Source of the DNA: an uncultured Desulfofustis sp.
Lineage (GTDB): Bacteria; Desulfobacterota; Desulfobulbia; Desulfobulbales; Desulfocapsaceae
Reading direction: 5' to 3'
Assembly: GCA_964433645.1 (NCBI GenBank)
Contig: CAYSSK010000004.1
Span: 2,989 to 66,988, forward strand
Length of the DNA: 64,000 bases
Part shown: positions 38,400 to 47,744 of the stretch, one piece after another
Numbering within the stretch: position 1 is the stretch's first letter
Layout of the letters: the number at the start of each line of letters is the position of its first letter
Position numbers and translations under genes: made by a program
The notes under the pieces: generated by a model
Told to the model about the DNA's origin: nothing
The model's input: the letters and a program-made list of their open reading frames with translations, nothing else
Databases searched by the model: none

Positions 38400-40445
38400 A
38401 TGTCCCCGGCAAGGATACAGCGGGCTGCTCACGGCAACCAGGTTATGATGCGCCGCACCAAGGTGCTGCGGGCCATCAACCGTTTGAGCAACACCGATCT
38501 GACCAATCTGAGCCGCAGCGAAATATTGACCCGCTGCGGCGAGATCATGCTGCTCAACAGCGAGTTCTGCGGCGGCTGGGTCGGACGATACGATGCCGAG
38601 GAAAAACAATTGGTGCCGCTCGTCTTCTTTCTGCCGCTGCTGCGACCGGACGGCAGCAGGGAGTTGTTCCGCAAACAGGTGCTGCTCGAAGAACCGATCG
38701 TTGCGCCGGCCCGGCAAGCCATCGAAAAACGCCGGCGGATCATCCTCAAAAACATCGATCCGCCGCTGCATATTCCGCTGCTGCCCGGTGAAATCTCGTT
38801 TCACTCGGCCGGTTGCTGGCCGCTGGCCCACCTCGATCAGGTGTATGGGACCATTACCGTCTATTCATCCGAGCACAACGGCTTCCCGAAATCGGAACTC
38901 GATTTCCTCGACGGCACCGTCATCGATCTGTCCCTGGCCCTCTACGCCCACAATGTTTCCCTGCTGCTCCAGTACGAGCGTGATTTCAGCACCGAGATCA
39001 TCGATTCCATCCAGGCCTTGATGGTCTCGGTCACGCCCTGCGGCAAGATCCTGCGATTTAATACCGAAGCCGAGAGAATCAGCGGCTATCGCCAGCAGGA
39101 GGTGCTCGACCGCTACTGGGTCGACGTGCTTCTGTCTCCGGAAACCCGGATTCATTATCAAAATCTGTTTTCCGAGCTGCTGAAAAGCGACCGCCGCAAT
39201 CTCAGTTTTCGGGCGCCGCTGCTGACCAGGGACGGAACCCTGCGCACCATCGACTGGCACAGTTCGATCAAACCCGACATCGACCGGGGGACCGTCGGCA
39301 TGGTCCTCTTCGGCCTGGATATCACCGACCGGCTGGCGGCCGACCGCCTCTACGACAGTACCGTCGCCAAGTGGAAAAACATTTTTACCACCATTCAGGA
39401 CCCGGCTCTGATCGTCAGCCGCGACGGCGTCATTCTCGACGCCAACCATGCCACCTTGTCCGCCTCCCGCAAGAGCCGCGAAGAGGTTATCGGCCAATCG
39501 GTCTGCGTTATCCTGCACGGCGGCCGCACACGCGAAAGCGTCTGCCCGCTGGAGACAATTGTTAAAAGCGGCAAGAGCCGCATTCTGCATACCGAACTCA
39601 ACGGCCTGCACGGCGACTATCTGCTCACCATCAGTCCGTGCCCGAACACCTCGGTCAACGAAAAGATGACCCTGCTCGTCGCCCGCGACATGACCGAGGA
39701 AGAGCGCCATAAGGCAGAGGCGATCAGGGCGGCGCAACTCGCCTCCCTTGGCGAACTGGCCGCCGGCGTCGCCCACGAAATCAACAACCCGATCAACGGC
39801 ATCCTCAACTATGCCCAGATGCTGCGCGATCTCTCCCTGGATGGCCAAGGCGAACAGATAGCCGGCCGAATCATCGATCAGAGCAAACGAATCGCCGGTA
39901 TCGTCAAGAATCTGCTCGATTTCTCCCGGCCAAAAGTCGAGGAGCCGGAGCCGGTCAACTGCCGGGACCTGCTGCACGACTGCATCGAGTTGGTCAAGCA
40001 CCAGCTGCAAAAAGATGATATCCGCCTTGCATTCGAATTCGACATCCCGCTGCCGCTGATCTATTGCAACGCATCCCAGGTGCAGCAGGTGTTTCTCAAC
40101 ATCATCAGCAACAGCAGATACGCCCTTAACCAACGATACGGCACAAAACACCAGAACAAGAAAATCATCTTCAAGGGAACGATGACTCACCATGGCCGGA
40201 CGCCCTACGTCCGAACAACCATCACGGATTTCGGCTCCGGTATCGAACACCGGCTGATCGATCGGGTCCTTGAACCGTTTTTCTCAACCAAACCGGATGG
40301 CCAGGGCACCGGCCTCGGCCTGAGCATCAGCTACGGACTGATCAGGGACAACGGCGGTTATCTGCACATCAAGAGCCGCTACGGCTCGCACACGTCGATT
40401 CAGGTCGATCTGCCGGTGGTTGCCGGCGAAGGAGGAACGCTATGA
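38400..40445 (+). CDS. Cytoplasmic sensor histidine kinase (GAF-like + PAS + PAS + HisKA + HATPase_c)
   Basis: 681 aa with no obvious TM segment. H-box ELAAGVAHEINNPINGI, N-box FLNIISNSRYAL, G-boxes DFGSGI and GTGLGLSISYGLI. The start could be 38448 (MMRR). Confidence 0.85.
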   Translation: MSPARIQRAAHGNQVMMRRTKVLRAINRLSNTDLTNLSRSEILTRCGEIMLLNSEFCGGWVGRYDAEEKQLVPLVFFLPLLRPDGSRELFRKQVLLEEPIVAPARQAIEKRRRIILKNIDPPLHIPLLPGEISFHSAGCWPLAHLDQVYGTITVYSSEHNGFPKSELDFLDGTVIDLSLALYAHNVSLLLQYERDFSTEIIDSIQALMVSVTPCGKILRFNTEAERISGYRQQEVLDRYWVDVLLSPETRIHYQNLFSELLKSDRRNLSFRAPLLTRDGTLRTIDWHSSIKPDIDRGTVGMVLFGLDITDRLAADRLYDSTVAKWKNIFTTIQDPALIVSRDGVILDANHATLSASRKSREEVIGQSVCVILHGGRTRESVCPLETIVKSGKSRILHTELNGLHGDYLLTISPCPNTSVNEKMTLLVARDMTEEERHKAEAIRAAQLASLGELAAGVAHEINNPINGILNYAQMLRDLSLDGQGEQIAGRIIDQSKRIAGIVKNLLDFSRPKVEEPEPVNCRDLLHDCIELVKHQLQKDDIRLAFEFDIPLPLIYCNASQVQQVFLNIISNSRYALNQRYGTKHQNKKIIFKGTMTHHGRTPYVRTTITDFGSGIEHRLIDRVLEPFFSTKPDGQGTGLGLSISYGLIRDNGGYLHIKSRYGSHTSIQVDLPVVAGEGGTL

Positions 40446-41185
40446 TACGTTACCATCGAAACACCGTTCTGGTCGGGCTCGTCCTCGGCGTTTACACACT
40501 TTTACTGGTAACCCCCGCCTACCTTGTCCGGGGAAGCGGTGATCTCCCGGAAAACACCCTGATCGGTCCCGCCGCCGCGACGATAGCCCTGTTCTGCGCG
40601 ACGCTGCTCGCGCTGCTGTCGATCATCTCCTCGCTGCGCAAGCGGATCGAGACCGTCCAGGCAGAGTTGAGCCGACGGGAGGCGGAGCTCTCCGACATCC
40701 GCTTCAACCTGGAAAAGACCATCGAGAAACGCACGTTTGAAATCTCCGTGGTCAACGCCTCGCTCAACAGGGAGATTGCCGAGAGGCTGCAGGCCGAAAC
40801 GCGGAGCAAGGAATTGCAGAAACAAATGGAGTTGATTCTCAATTCGGCCGGCGAGGGTATTTTCGGCCTTGATACCGACGGCAAGCTGACTTTCGTCAAT
40901 ACCGCCGCCGCGCTGATGCTCGGCTGGCAGCGGAAAGAAATGATCGGCAGGAACCATCATGAACTGGTCCACCACAGCCATGCCGACGGCAGTCCGCATG
41001 ATCCGGAAGAATGTCCGATCCGCCAGGCATTTCAGGACGGCATCGTCCATTTCAGTTCCGATGACGTGTTCTGGACCAAGGACGGCACCTGTTTTCCGGT
41101 CGAATATGTCAGTACGCCGATCATCGAGCATTCGATGATCAAAGGGGCCGTGGTCGTTTTCCGCGACCAGAGCACCTTCTCTTGA
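40442..41185 (+). CDS. Membrane-anchored PAS-domain protein without output domain
   Basis: 247 aa. It has two N-terminal TM segments (VLVGLVLGVYTLLLV; AATIALFCATLLALLSIISSL), a coiled coil and one PAS domain (ILNSAGEGIFGLDTDGKLTFVNTAAALMLGW...). Its start overlaps the kinase stop (ATGA). Confidence 0.75.
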   Translation: MIRYHRNTVLVGLVLGVYTLLLVTPAYLVRGSGDLPENTLIGPAAATIALFCATLLALLSIISSLRKRIETVQAELSRREAELSDIRFNLEKTIEKRTFEISVVNASLNREIAERLQAETRSKELQKQMELILNSAGEGIFGLDTDGKLTFVNTAAALMLGWQRKEMIGRNHHELVHHSHADGSPHDPEECPIRQAFQDGIVHFSSDDVFWTKDGTCFPVEYVSTPIIEHSMIKGAVVVFRDQSTFS

Positions 41186-41255
41186 CCGGCAGCAAGGCCC
41201 GCTCCGCGAATTCGGCACGATCCGGCCGCCGGAAACGAGGCAAGGAGGAACAAAC

Positions 41256-43091
41256 ATGACGGAAAAACACGACGGAACGGGAGCGATTCTGGTGGTCGAT
41301 GATGAGGCCAGCCTCCGGGAGACCTTTCATTTCTTTCTGTCCCGGGAAGGATACGACCCGGTCCTGACCGCGGCCGACTTCGACCAGGCCTTTGCGACAC
41401 TCTCTTCCACGCCGGTCGACCTGGTTATCTCCGATATCGTGCTGCGTGACGCATCCGGCATCGAACTCCTGAAGAAGGCGCGGCAAAACGGCATCGACAG
41501 CCCCTTTATCATCATCACCGGTTACCCGGACGTCGACACCGCCGCCGAGGCCGTACGCTACGGCGCCTTCGACTATATCGTCAAGCCCGTCGACAAGGAT
41601 GCGCTGCTGCGTTCGGTGCGGCTCGTCCTTCGACAGCGCCACCTGGAGCGATTGAAGGTCCGGGCGGAAGAGGAGCGAGAGCGCTACCGGCTGCTGCTCG
41701 ACACGGTTTTCAGAAGCGTCGCCGATGCCATCGTCATCGTCGATGACCAACTGAATATCATCAACCTCAACGCCGCCGCTCGCCAACTGTTTGCCGACCT
41801 GCTGCCCGGCTTCGAGGAAGGAGCGAACCTCAATTCCTCCATCCGCTCCAGTGAATTTTCGACACTGCGCACCGACCTGCTGCGTGTCCTGCAGACCGGT
41901 GAGGACGTCGTCGAACATCGTTTCGAATGCAACACCATCGACAACAAACCGAAAATCTTGAGCATCTGCACGTCACCGTTTGCCGAGGGCGGGGCGCAGC
42001 ATCATGGCGCCGTCATCGTCATTCGTGACATGTCCGTCTGCGGCGAGCAGCAGCGCAGCCGCCGGAGCAGCTTCCACCGGTTCCTCGGCAGCAGCGATGT
42101 GATGCAGGCAGTCTACACGATGATCGAAAACGTCGGCCGGGTCGACACCACGGTCCTGATCACCGGCGAATCGGGAACCGGCAAGGAACTGGCGGCCGAA
42201 GCCCTGCACCTTGAATCCAGCCGGCGCACCATGCCGCTGATCAAGGTGGACTGCACGGCCATCCCGGAAAATCTGCTGGAAAGCGAACTGTTCGGCCACA
42301 AAAAAGGCTCGTTCACCGGAGCCGACAAGGACCGGCGCGGCCTGATCATGCAGGCCGACGGCGGCACCTTGTTTCTCGATGAGATCGGCGAGATCTCGGC
42401 GATGACCCAGCTCCGTCTGCTGCGCTTTCTGCAGGAACGGACCTTCTACCCGGTGGGCAGCGACACGCCGATGACCGTCGACACCAGGGTGATTACCGCA
42501 ACCAACGTGGATCTGCGGGAAAAGGTGCAGCAGGGAACCTTTCGTGAAGACCTCTACTTCCGCCTTCGCGTTATCGATATCCACCTGCCGCCGCTGCGGA
42601 AACGAAACGGCGACATTTTGTTGCTGGCCGGCCATTTCGTCAAGAAATTCTCGGAAAAGCTGCATAAACCGATCAACGGCCTGTCCGATAACGCCTTCAA
42701 AGTGTTGACCAGCCATCACTGGCCGGGCAACGTCCGCGAACTGGAACACCTGATCGAACGGGCGGTGGTCCTCTGCCAGGGCGTCACCATCACCATCAAG
42801 GACCTGCCGCAGGACCTTGCGGAACCGGATGATCACAGCGACATGACACCCTCTTTTGATACAACGCCCCGTTTTGACACGGCAACCCGTTTGACAAAGC
42901 ATGAGGCCCCGCCAACGGACGATCAGGCCGCCGACAAACTCGGTTCAGCCGCCCTGCGGATCCTCGGCACGCTCAACAAGTGCGGCGGCAACAAGGCCAA
43001 GGCCGCCCGGCTGCTCGGCATCGACCGTTCGACACTGTATCGCAAGATCAAGGAATACGATATCGATCTCTCGACATTCTCCCTCGAATAA
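41256..43091 (+). CDS. Sigma54-dependent response regulator (REC-PAS-AAA+-Fis HTH; NtrC family)
   Basis: REC domain (ILVVDDE...DLVISDIVL), PAS, AAA+ domain with GESGTGKE, the GAFTGA-type loop GSFTGA, ESELFGH and an R-finger region, and a C-terminal HTH AARLLGIDRSTLYRKIKEY. Confidence 0.9.
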   Translation: MTEKHDGTGAILVVDDEASLRETFHFFLSREGYDPVLTAADFDQAFATLSSTPVDLVISDIVLRDASGIELLKKARQNGIDSPFIIITGYPDVDTAAEAVRYGAFDYIVKPVDKDALLRSVRLVLRQRHLERLKVRAEEERERYRLLLDTVFRSVADAIVIVDDQLNIINLNAAARQLFADLLPGFEEGANLNSSIRSSEFSTLRTDLLRVLQTGEDVVEHRFECNTIDNKPKILSICTSPFAEGGAQHHGAVIVIRDMSVCGEQQRSRRSSFHRFLGSSDVMQAVYTMIENVGRVDTTVLITGESGTGKELAAEALHLESSRRTMPLIKVDCTAIPENLLESELFGHKKGSFTGADKDRRGLIMQADGGTLFLDEIGEISAMTQLRLLRFLQERTFYPVGSDTPMTVDTRVITATNVDLREKVQQGTFREDLYFRLRVIDIHLPPLRKRNGDILLLAGHFVKKFSEKLHKPINGLSDNAFKVLTSHHWPGNVRELEHLIERAVVLCQGVTITIKDLPQDLAEPDDHSDMTPSFDTTPRFDTATRLTKHEAPPTDDQAADKLGSAALRILGTLNKCGGNKAKAARLLGIDRSTLYRKIKEYDIDLSTFSLE

Positions 43092-43113
43092 CCGTCCACG
43101 ACAACACTCGTTG

Positions 43114-43162
43114 CAACACTTCTGTTGCCACACTTCTGTGGTTTCCTGCCACACAAGTGTGG
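43114..43162. promoter_or_regulatory. Cluster of three 14-bp palindromes: CAACA-CTTC-TGTTG, CCACA-CTTC-TGTGG, CCACA-CAAG-TGTGG
   Basis: Sites at 43114-43127, 43128-43141 and 43149-43162. The last two are perfect matches to the motif at 38303, with centres 21 bp apart. The cluster lies 23 nt after the activator stop codon. Confidence 0.55.
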
Positions 43163-43209
43163 CCCGATCGCCAGTTCCATCTCTTTTTTCTTAATATATG
43201 AAAATCGGC

Positions 43210-43231
43210 GGGACAGGTTTTAACCTGTCCC
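43210..43231. repeat. 22-bp perfect palindrome GGGACAGGTTTTAACCTGTCCC (copy 1)
   Basis: An identical 22-mer occurs at 51987-52008. Both copies lie in 3' intergenic regions and form a 9-bp stem with a 4-nt loop. Confidence 0.7.
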
Positions 43232-43498
43232 CCGCTCACTTTCACTAACCGGATCTTCCAACCACGGCGCCGATTTTCATCGTTCGTTGTGACCTTCGGT
43301 CATGGACGTTATATGAAAATCATCTCCCCGGGCTGGTTGATTCTCTCGGAGGCTGCCTCGCGACAGCCCGGCTGGCCGGAGAATCAGGCCCGAAGGGTGG
43401 CGGACAACCTCACCGCCCGGCCACGCAGCACCCGTCAGATCGCAACCCGTCATGCGGCGGACAAAAACAAGCGTGAAATACGGCTGCTCCCGCCACTC

Positions 43499-43514
43499 CG
43501 GCATCCAATATGCA
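43499..43514 (+). promoter_or_regulatory. Candidate sigma54 -24/-12 promoter (cGGCAT-ccaat-ATGCA)
   Basis: GG and GC are in the canonical register. The sequence closely resembles the element at 49216 (TGGCAT-tattg-GTGCA). It lies 56 nt upstream of ATG 43570. Confidence 0.35.
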
Positions 43515-43569
43515 CAGCCAGAGATAAAGCTGCCGAGTCTTTAACGGCCGGAAACGATGGAGGGACCCG

Positions 43570-44484
43570 ATGCCACAGGCTCCACCCCTGCCTGACGACC
43601 AGAACCGGTGGTCGGCTCTGCTGCGGGACGAAACATGGTGCACCCACTATCTCTTCCTGCTTCGCTGGCCGCAGGATTTCATCTGTCCCGCCTGCGGCCG
43701 CAGCGGCGGCCGCAGGCCGCCGGCAACACGGATTACCTGCCGGAATTGCGGCAAAACCACATCAATTACCACCGGCACCCTGTTGCACGGCACCAAGAAG
43801 CCGCTTTCCTTCTGGCTCCAGGCCTTCTGGTGGCTCAGCTCGCTGCCGCAGCAGCTGACCGGTAAGACGCTGCAGCGACATATGGGCCTGAAGAGCTACC
43901 AAACGGCCTGGAGCTGGCTGAAGACCCTGAGGCGAGCGATGAAGAATGCAGACCGACAGCGGTGTTCGGGGACGATCGAACTGGACTGCGGCTTTGTCGA
44001 TTTCGGCAGTGACGAAGCACACGGGCGCTACCTGCTGGCCGCAATCGAGGTGGAGCCGAAACACCGGCTGCCCGGCCGACTCCACTTGGCCCACTGCGCG
44101 ATCCCGACAGAATCGCTGCTTGTCGCGTTCATTGAAAACACCACCGATCCCGGCAGCACCATCCTGGCCCCCGACCGGCGGCTCTTTTGTTTACAGAACC
44201 GGCCGGATCGTCTCTATCTCGTCGAAACCGGCTGCAACGACCAGGAACGTGCCCGAGAAGCGATCAACCGCTGTTGCACGGGCTTTCGTGAGCAGCAGGG
44301 TCCGAAGTGTTCGCCGGCCCGTCTCCAGGAACATCTCGACGAGTTCTGCTTCAGAAATAACAGCGCTCTGCTGGCCGACCGACGCCTGATATTCGACCGC
44401 CTCATCGAGGCCATGCTGCTGCACAATGGCCGCAACCGCCGACCGAGAATCGGCGAGCCGCACCCTGCCGGAGGTCTGCCATGA
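43570..44484 (+). CDS. IS1595-family transposase-like protein (zinc-ribbon + ISXO2-like domain), divergent
   Basis: The N-terminus reads CTHYLFLLRWPQDFICPACG...CRNCGKTTSITTGTLLHGTKKPLSFWLQAFWWL...YQTAWSWLKTLRRAM. The tail reads RLQEHLDEFCFRNN. These follow the IS1595 transposase pattern (YL...RWP.gf.CP.CG / GT.f..tk.PL..W / LQ.YLdEF.FR.N). The stop overlaps the ftsH start. Confidence 0.6.
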   Translation: MPQAPPLPDDQNRWSALLRDETWCTHYLFLLRWPQDFICPACGRSGGRRPPATRITCRNCGKTTSITTGTLLHGTKKPLSFWLQAFWWLSSLPQQLTGKTLQRHMGLKSYQTAWSWLKTLRRAMKNADRQRCSGTIELDCGFVDFGSDEAHGRYLLAAIEVEPKHRLPGRLHLAHCAIPTESLLVAFIENTTDPGSTILAPDRRLFCLQNRPDRLYLVETGCNDQERAREAINRCCTGFREQQGPKCSPARLQEHLDEFCFRNNSALLADRRLIFDRLIEAMLLHNGRNRRPRIGEPHPAGGLP

Positions 44485-46298
44485 ATATTCCGGTACGCGT
44501 TCTGCTGGCTCTGATCCTGACAGCTATTCTTATTTTTATCGGTTTCAATATCTATCATATCAGCACCCGCCTGCCGGAACGCTCCTACAGCGCCTTTCTC
44601 GACGACCTGGAACGGGGTGAAATCAACGAAGTAACCATCAAGGACGGGGTGATCACCGGCACCGATCGGCAGCAACGTCAATTCACCACCTATTCGCCCG
44701 ATATCTCCTCGCTGATGCCCCTGCTGCGCCGACACCAGGTGGACATAACCACTAAAGCGGCATCCCGGGGCAGCGCCTTCATCAGGGAGCTGTTGCTGGT
44801 GCTGCTCATTCTCGGCGGTTGGATGATTCTGAGCCGCAAGCGAAACAACCAGTCATTGCAGTTTGCCCGCAACAAAACCTACCAGCGGAATCTCAGCAAC
44901 CCGACTCGGGTCTCGTTCGATGATGTGGCCGGGATCTCCGAGGCCCGGGAGGAACTCAAAGAGATCACCGCTTTTCTCAAAGAGCCGGAAAAATTCGGCG
45001 CCCTTGGCGGCCGTATCCCGAAGGGCGTGCTGCTCCAGGGGCCGCCGGGAACCGGCAAGACGTTGTTGGCCAAAGCCATTGCCGGCGAGGCCTCGGTACC
45101 CTTTTATTCCCTCGGCGGTTCCGATTTCGTCGAAATGTTCGCCGGGCTCGGCGCCTCCCGGGTTCGCGATCTGTTCGCCGAAGCCAAAAAGAATGCCCCG
45201 TGCATCATTTTCATCGACGAAATCGACGCCATCGGCGGCAGGCGAGCCGGCCAATCCCGGGGCGGGTCCAACGACGAACGGGAGCAGACCTTAAACGCGC
45301 TGCTCGTCGAGATGGACGGCTTCACCTCCCATGAGACGGTGATCGTCGTCGCCGCCACCAACCGTCCCGATATTCTCGATTCGGCCCTGCTCCGGCCGGG
45401 GCGATTCGATCGACGCATCACTCTGACCCTGCCCGACATCCGGGGACGAGAAAAGATCCTCGCGGTTCACAGCCGCAAGGTCGCCGTCGGCGGCACTGTC
45501 GATTTTGCCGCGGTGGCCAAGGGAACACCGGGTTTCAGCGGGGCGGAAATCGCCAATCTGGTCAACGAGGCGGCTCTGCTTGCCGCGCGCAAGGGAAAGT
45601 CGCTGATCGACCTGAGCGATTTCGAAGAGGCCAAGGACAAGATCATCATGGGGCTGGAGCGGAAGAGCGCTGTGATCAGCGAAAAGGCCCGGCGACTCAC
45701 GGCCTATCATGAAGCCGGTCACGCGGTCCTTGCCGCCCTGCTACCAGAGACCGATCCGTTGCACAAAATCACCATTATCCCGCGCGGCCAGGCACTTGGC
45801 CTGACCCAGCAACTGCCGTTCGACGAGCACCTCACCTATTCCCGGGAATACCTGATCAACAAGATCAAGATCCTGCTCGGCGGCCGGCTGGCAGAAGAGA
45901 TCATTTTCGGCACCCTGACCACCGGCGCGAGCAACGACCTCCAGTCGATCAGCCGGATCGCCTATCGCCTGGTCTGCACCTTCGGCATGAGCAGCCATAT
46001 CGGCCCGCTGGCCTGCAGCGACCTGGCCGACCAGATAACCGGCGACCCGGGCGACATCAACTGGCAGCGTAGCGAGGAGACCCGGCGGGAGATCGATATG
46101 GAAATCAGAAATATCATCCTCTCCTGCTACCAGAGCGCCAAGGAGGTGCTCAACGACAACAGCGATTTCCTGCATATGCTCGCCGAAGCATTGCTGGTCA
46201 ATGAAACACTGGACAGCGAAGAGGTGGACATCATCCACCGCTGCTACCTCAATGAGCATGAGCAACATCACAAGAAATGGGACATCGTGCCCAGCTAG
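44481..46298 (+). CDS. ftsH: ATP-dependent zinc metalloprotease FtsH
   Basis: 605 aa with two N-terminal TM segments, Walker A GPPGTGKT, Walker [10 protein letters not shown], the [23 protein letters not shown], and the zinc motif HEAGH. Confidence 0.95.
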   Translation: MNIPVRVLLALILTAILIFIGFNIYHISTRLPERSYSAFLDDLERGEINEVTIKDGVITGTDRQQRQFTTYSPDISSLMPLLRRHQVDITTKAASRGSAFIRELLLVLLILGGWMILSRKRNNQSLQFARNKTYQRNLSNPTRVSFDDVAGISEAREELKEITAFLKEPEKFGALGGRIPKGVLLQGPPGTGKTLLAKAIAGEASVPFYSLGGSDFVEMFAGLGASRVRDLFAEAKKNAPCIIFIDEIDAIGGRRAGQSRGGSNDEREQTLNALLVEMDGFTSHETVIVVAATNRPDILDSALLRPGRFDRRITLTLPDIRGREKILAVHSRKVAVGGTVDFAAVAKGTPGFSGAEIANLVNEAALLAARKGKSLIDLSDFEEAKDKIIMGLERKSAVISEKARRLTAYHEAGHAVLAALLPETDPLHKITIIPRGQALGLTQQLPFDEHLTYSREYLINKIKILLGGRLAEEIIFGTLTTGASNDLQSISRIAYRLVCTFGMSSHIGPLACSDLADQITGDPGDINWQRSEETRREIDMEIRNIILSCYQSAKEVLNDNSDFLHMLAEALLVNETLDSEEVDIIHRCYLNEHEQHHKKWDIVPS

Positions 46299-46311
46299 CG
46301 AGGAGTCTGCC

Positions 46312-46773
46312 ATGAATATCCGTCACCAGCCTGTTTCCCGGGGTATGCTCCCGCTGCTCGGCCTGGTCTTTGTTCTGACCACCGCCGGCAGGAGCAGTGC
46401 CGCAGAGCCACCCGACTATCTGGATATCGACGTGCTCAGCGACCGTTACGAAGAGGTGGCCTTCGACCATGAACTGCATGCCGACTACGCGGCATGCAGC
46501 GAATGCCATCATCACACCACCGGCCAAGCCCCGTCCGACCCGGTCTGCGCGACCTGTCACCAGGCCGGTGAAGAAGCTGAGACGGTATCATGCGCAACCT
46601 GCCATCCGGCACAACCGTTTTCCGAAGAGCTGATCGAGCAGAAAGCGCATTCCACCCGCTATCACCTCGACATCGTCGGGCTGCAGGGGGCCTACCATCT
46701 GAACTGCCTCACCTGCCACGAAGCGATCGGCGGCCCGACCGGCTGCCTTGATTGTCATCAAAGTAAACCGTGA
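46312..46773 (+). CDS. Periplasmic multihaem cytochrome c (c3-family-like, five CXXCH)
   Basis: Start at MNIRHQ, followed by a signal peptide. The c3-like FDHELH motif is present. Haem motifs are CSECH, CATCH, CATCH, CLTCH and CLDCH. Confidence 0.85.
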   Translation: MNIRHQPVSRGMLPLLGLVFVLTTAGRSSAAEPPDYLDIDVLSDRYEEVAFDHELHADYAACSECHHHTTGQAPSDPVCATCHQAGEEAETVSCATCHPAQPFSEELIEQKAHSTRYHLDIVGLQGAYHLNCLTCHEAIGGPTGCLDCHQSKP

Positions 46774-46793
46774 ACCTGGGGGAGGAACCTGTC

Positions 46794-47744
46794 ATGAACG
46801 GTCCGTTGTCCCGTCGAAACTTTCTGAGAACCGGCCTAGCCGCGTTTTCTGCAACGCTGCTCACTACTCGCGCCGACAAGGCCGCCGCCCGCGAATTCGA
46901 AGGTTATCGGGAGAGCAAGGGGGTCCTGGTCGATTTGACCAGGTGCATCGGCTGCCGCAGTTGCGAAGCGGCCTGCAACAAAGAACAGGGATTGCCGCCG
47001 CCGGAAACCGGCTTTGACGATCCAGCCGTTTTTCAACTGGACCAGCACGGCCAGCCGCGGCGCCCGGACGATCGGGCCTATACCGTGGTCAACCGCTACC
47101 AAACGGAGCTGGCCGACCATCCGCTGTTTCGCAAGATCCAGTGCAATCACTGTCTGGAACCGGCCTGTCTGACCGCCTGTTTCGTCAACGCCTATACCAA
47201 GACACCGGAAGGCGCCGTGATCTACGATGCCGATGTCTGCGTCGGCTGCCGCACCTGTATGATCGCCTGTCCGTTTTCGATCCCGGCCTTCGACTATTCG
47301 AGCCCTTTCGAGCCGCGCATCATGAAGTGCATCTTCTGTTACGACACCCGCCTGGTCAACGGTCAGCCGCCGGCCTGCGTCGAGGCCTGCCCGACCGAGG
47401 CACTGACCTTTGGCGAACGGGAAACACTGGTGCGCATCGGGCGCAAACGGATCCGCGAACGTCCCGGCCGCTATGTCGATCATATCTACGGCGAGCACGA
47501 GGCGGGCGGCACCGCCTGGCTCTACCTGTCGGGGGTGCCGCACCGCGAAGTCGGTTTCGACATGGACGTGCCGAAACAGCCGATTCTCACCTACGTCAAG
47601 GATTTTCTGGCCATCGTGCCGATGGTGTTGACCATCTGGCCGGCACTGTTTGCCGGCTTTTATCTGCTGGCCGGCCGCGGACACAAAACGATCGATGAAC
47701 CCCACGCAGCCCAGGAGGACAGTCATGAAAGCACTGGTCAATGA
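46794..47744 (+). CDS. Tat-exported 4Fe-4S ferredoxin-type subunit (HybA/DmsB/NrfC-like) with C-terminal anchor
   Basis: Twin-arginine signal SRRNFLRTGLAAF. Cluster motifs are CIGCRSCEAAC, CNHCLEPACLTAC, CVGCRTCMIACP and CIFCYD...PACVEACP. ATG 46794 has GGGGGAGGA upstream. Confidence 0.85.
   Translation: MNGPLSRRNFLRTGLAAFSATLLTTRADKAAAREFEGYRESKGVLVDLTRCIGCRSCEAACNKEQGLPPPETGFDDPAVFQLDQHGQPRRPDDRAYTVVNRYQTELADHPLFRKIQCNHCLEPACLTACFVNAYTKTPEGAVIYDADVCVGCRTCMIACPFSIPAFDYSSPFEPRIMKCIFCYDTRLVNGQPPACVEACPTEALTFGERETLVRIGRKRIRERPGRYVDHIYGEHEAGGTAWLYLSGVPHREVGFDMDVPKQPILTYVKDFLAIVPMVLTIWPALFAGFYLLAGRGHKTIDEPHAAQEDSHESTGQ

Noticed and set aside
43165-43400. Expected sigma54 promoter within ~100-200 bp downstream of the triple palindrome.
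   Set aside because: I checked every GG for a GC 12 nt downstream. The only hit (cGGaggctgcctcGCg near 43357) has poor -24 and -12 boxes. The better candidate lies further away at 43499 and is reported separately with low confidence.
43289-43858. 189-aa ORF overlapping the 5' end of the IS1595-like gene.
   Set aside because: The translation is Arg/Ala/Pro-rich with an AAAAAA run and no motifs. It is out of frame with a gene that has clear zinc-ribbon transposase motifs and a good RBS at 43570.
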